From Azospirillum sp. 51_20 (GTDB lineage Bacteria > Pseudomonadota > Alphaproteobacteria > RF32 > CAG-239), in NCBI GenBank assembly GCA_001917175.1, contig MNTV01000026.1, positions 817 through 64,816 on the forward strand: a stretch of 64,000 nt of DNA, in the 5' to 3' direction. Positions within the stretch are counted from its first letter, which is position 1, and each line of letters starts with the position of its first letter. Below, piece by piece: positions 63,561-64,000 of this stretch. A model generated the notes under the pieces. It made no database searches. It was not told the origin of the DNA and saw only the letters and a list, made by a program, of their open reading frames with translations. The position numbers and the translations under genes were made by a program.

Positions 63561-64000
63561 TCAATCCGTTCCCGAAAAACGGCTTTTCAGGCGGATAAAA
63601 CGGCATTGCCCGTAACCGTTGTCCGACAACGCCGCGGTGCCCTGCCCGATCAGGCCGATCACCGTCGGACTCCGGTCATAGTCCTCATGGGCGGAAACCG
63701 GATTAACCACGCCGACTCCGAAAGCGGAAACCGCATCGGTTACGTTAACGCTGACGTTGGTTACCCGCGGACAAATGCGGGAATCTATGTAGCGGTCGAC
63801 AAAGTCCGGGCGGACGGCATAGGTCAGCAGATCGTCGGGATCGTTAAAGGCGACGATATTCAGACGGCTGATGATCCGCCGGTCGTAATCGCGTCCGTCC
63901 GGACAGCAGTAAGAGGCGATTTTGCCGTTGACTTTTGCCGGATCCGACCAGATGTGCAGCAGCGGCAGCTGGTTGGCCATCATAAACACGGTCAGCCTTT
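63561..64000 (-). CDS. hypothetical protein, probably truncated by the window edge
   Basis: ORF 63561..63989. The frame may continue beyond base 64000. No family recognised. Confidence 0.4.
   Translation of the reverse strand, partial: RLTVFMMANQLPLLHIWSDPAKVNGKIASYCCPDGRDYDRRIISRLNIVAFNDPDDLLTYAVRPDFVDRYIDSRICPRVTNVSVNVTDAVSAFGVGVVNPVSAHEDYDRSPTVIGLIGQGTAALSDNGYGQCRFIRLKSRFSGTD

Overview
This is a 64-kb chromosomal window of roughly 55% GC, densely coded with about 60 credible CDS, most of them housekeeping genes. Recognised genes include cysS, gltX, thrS, efp, rpmE, tig, prfC, alr, xthA, lolA, gpt, comEC and a suhB-like gene. There is a ZauP-like/zapA pair followed by a 6S-like RNA, a tRNA-Leu(UAG), an ArsR-type repressor with a P1B metal ATPase, and an hsp20 behind a sigma32-type promoter. 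A class III ribonucleotide reductase (nrdD/nrdG) sits behind tandem NrdR-type boxes, and there are two tandem BI-1/YccA paralogues. The gene content (DUF1013, ZauP-ZapA-6S synteny, alpha-type porin) suggests an alphaproteobacterium, probably anaerobic or microaerophilic; this is inference only. I found no transposase, integrase, CRISPR array or rRNA. The items most worth a second look are these. (1) A compact, translationally coupled flagellar-type module whose first gene is a single ORF fusing a minimal FliF to an N-domain-less FliG; it ends in a J-domain/TM/SH3-like protein. (2) A 1.5-kb almost non-coding island (26.2-27.8 kb) with two paralogous promoter-plus-structured-RNA units carrying an anti-SD motif, a small ORF, a ~250-nt, ~91% purine tract inside its 3' UTR, and 145-bp tandem repeats. 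(3) An NrdD whose glycyl-radical domain is encoded by a separate 69-codon ORF. (4) A protein built from 45-residue tandem repeats next to two orphan ACP-like paralogues. (5) Two large family-less proteins, one with a Gly/Ala-rich membrane core. (6) A low-GC serum-amyloid-A-like gene bounded by 20-bp direct repeats. All product calls rest on motif recognition by eye; no searches were run.
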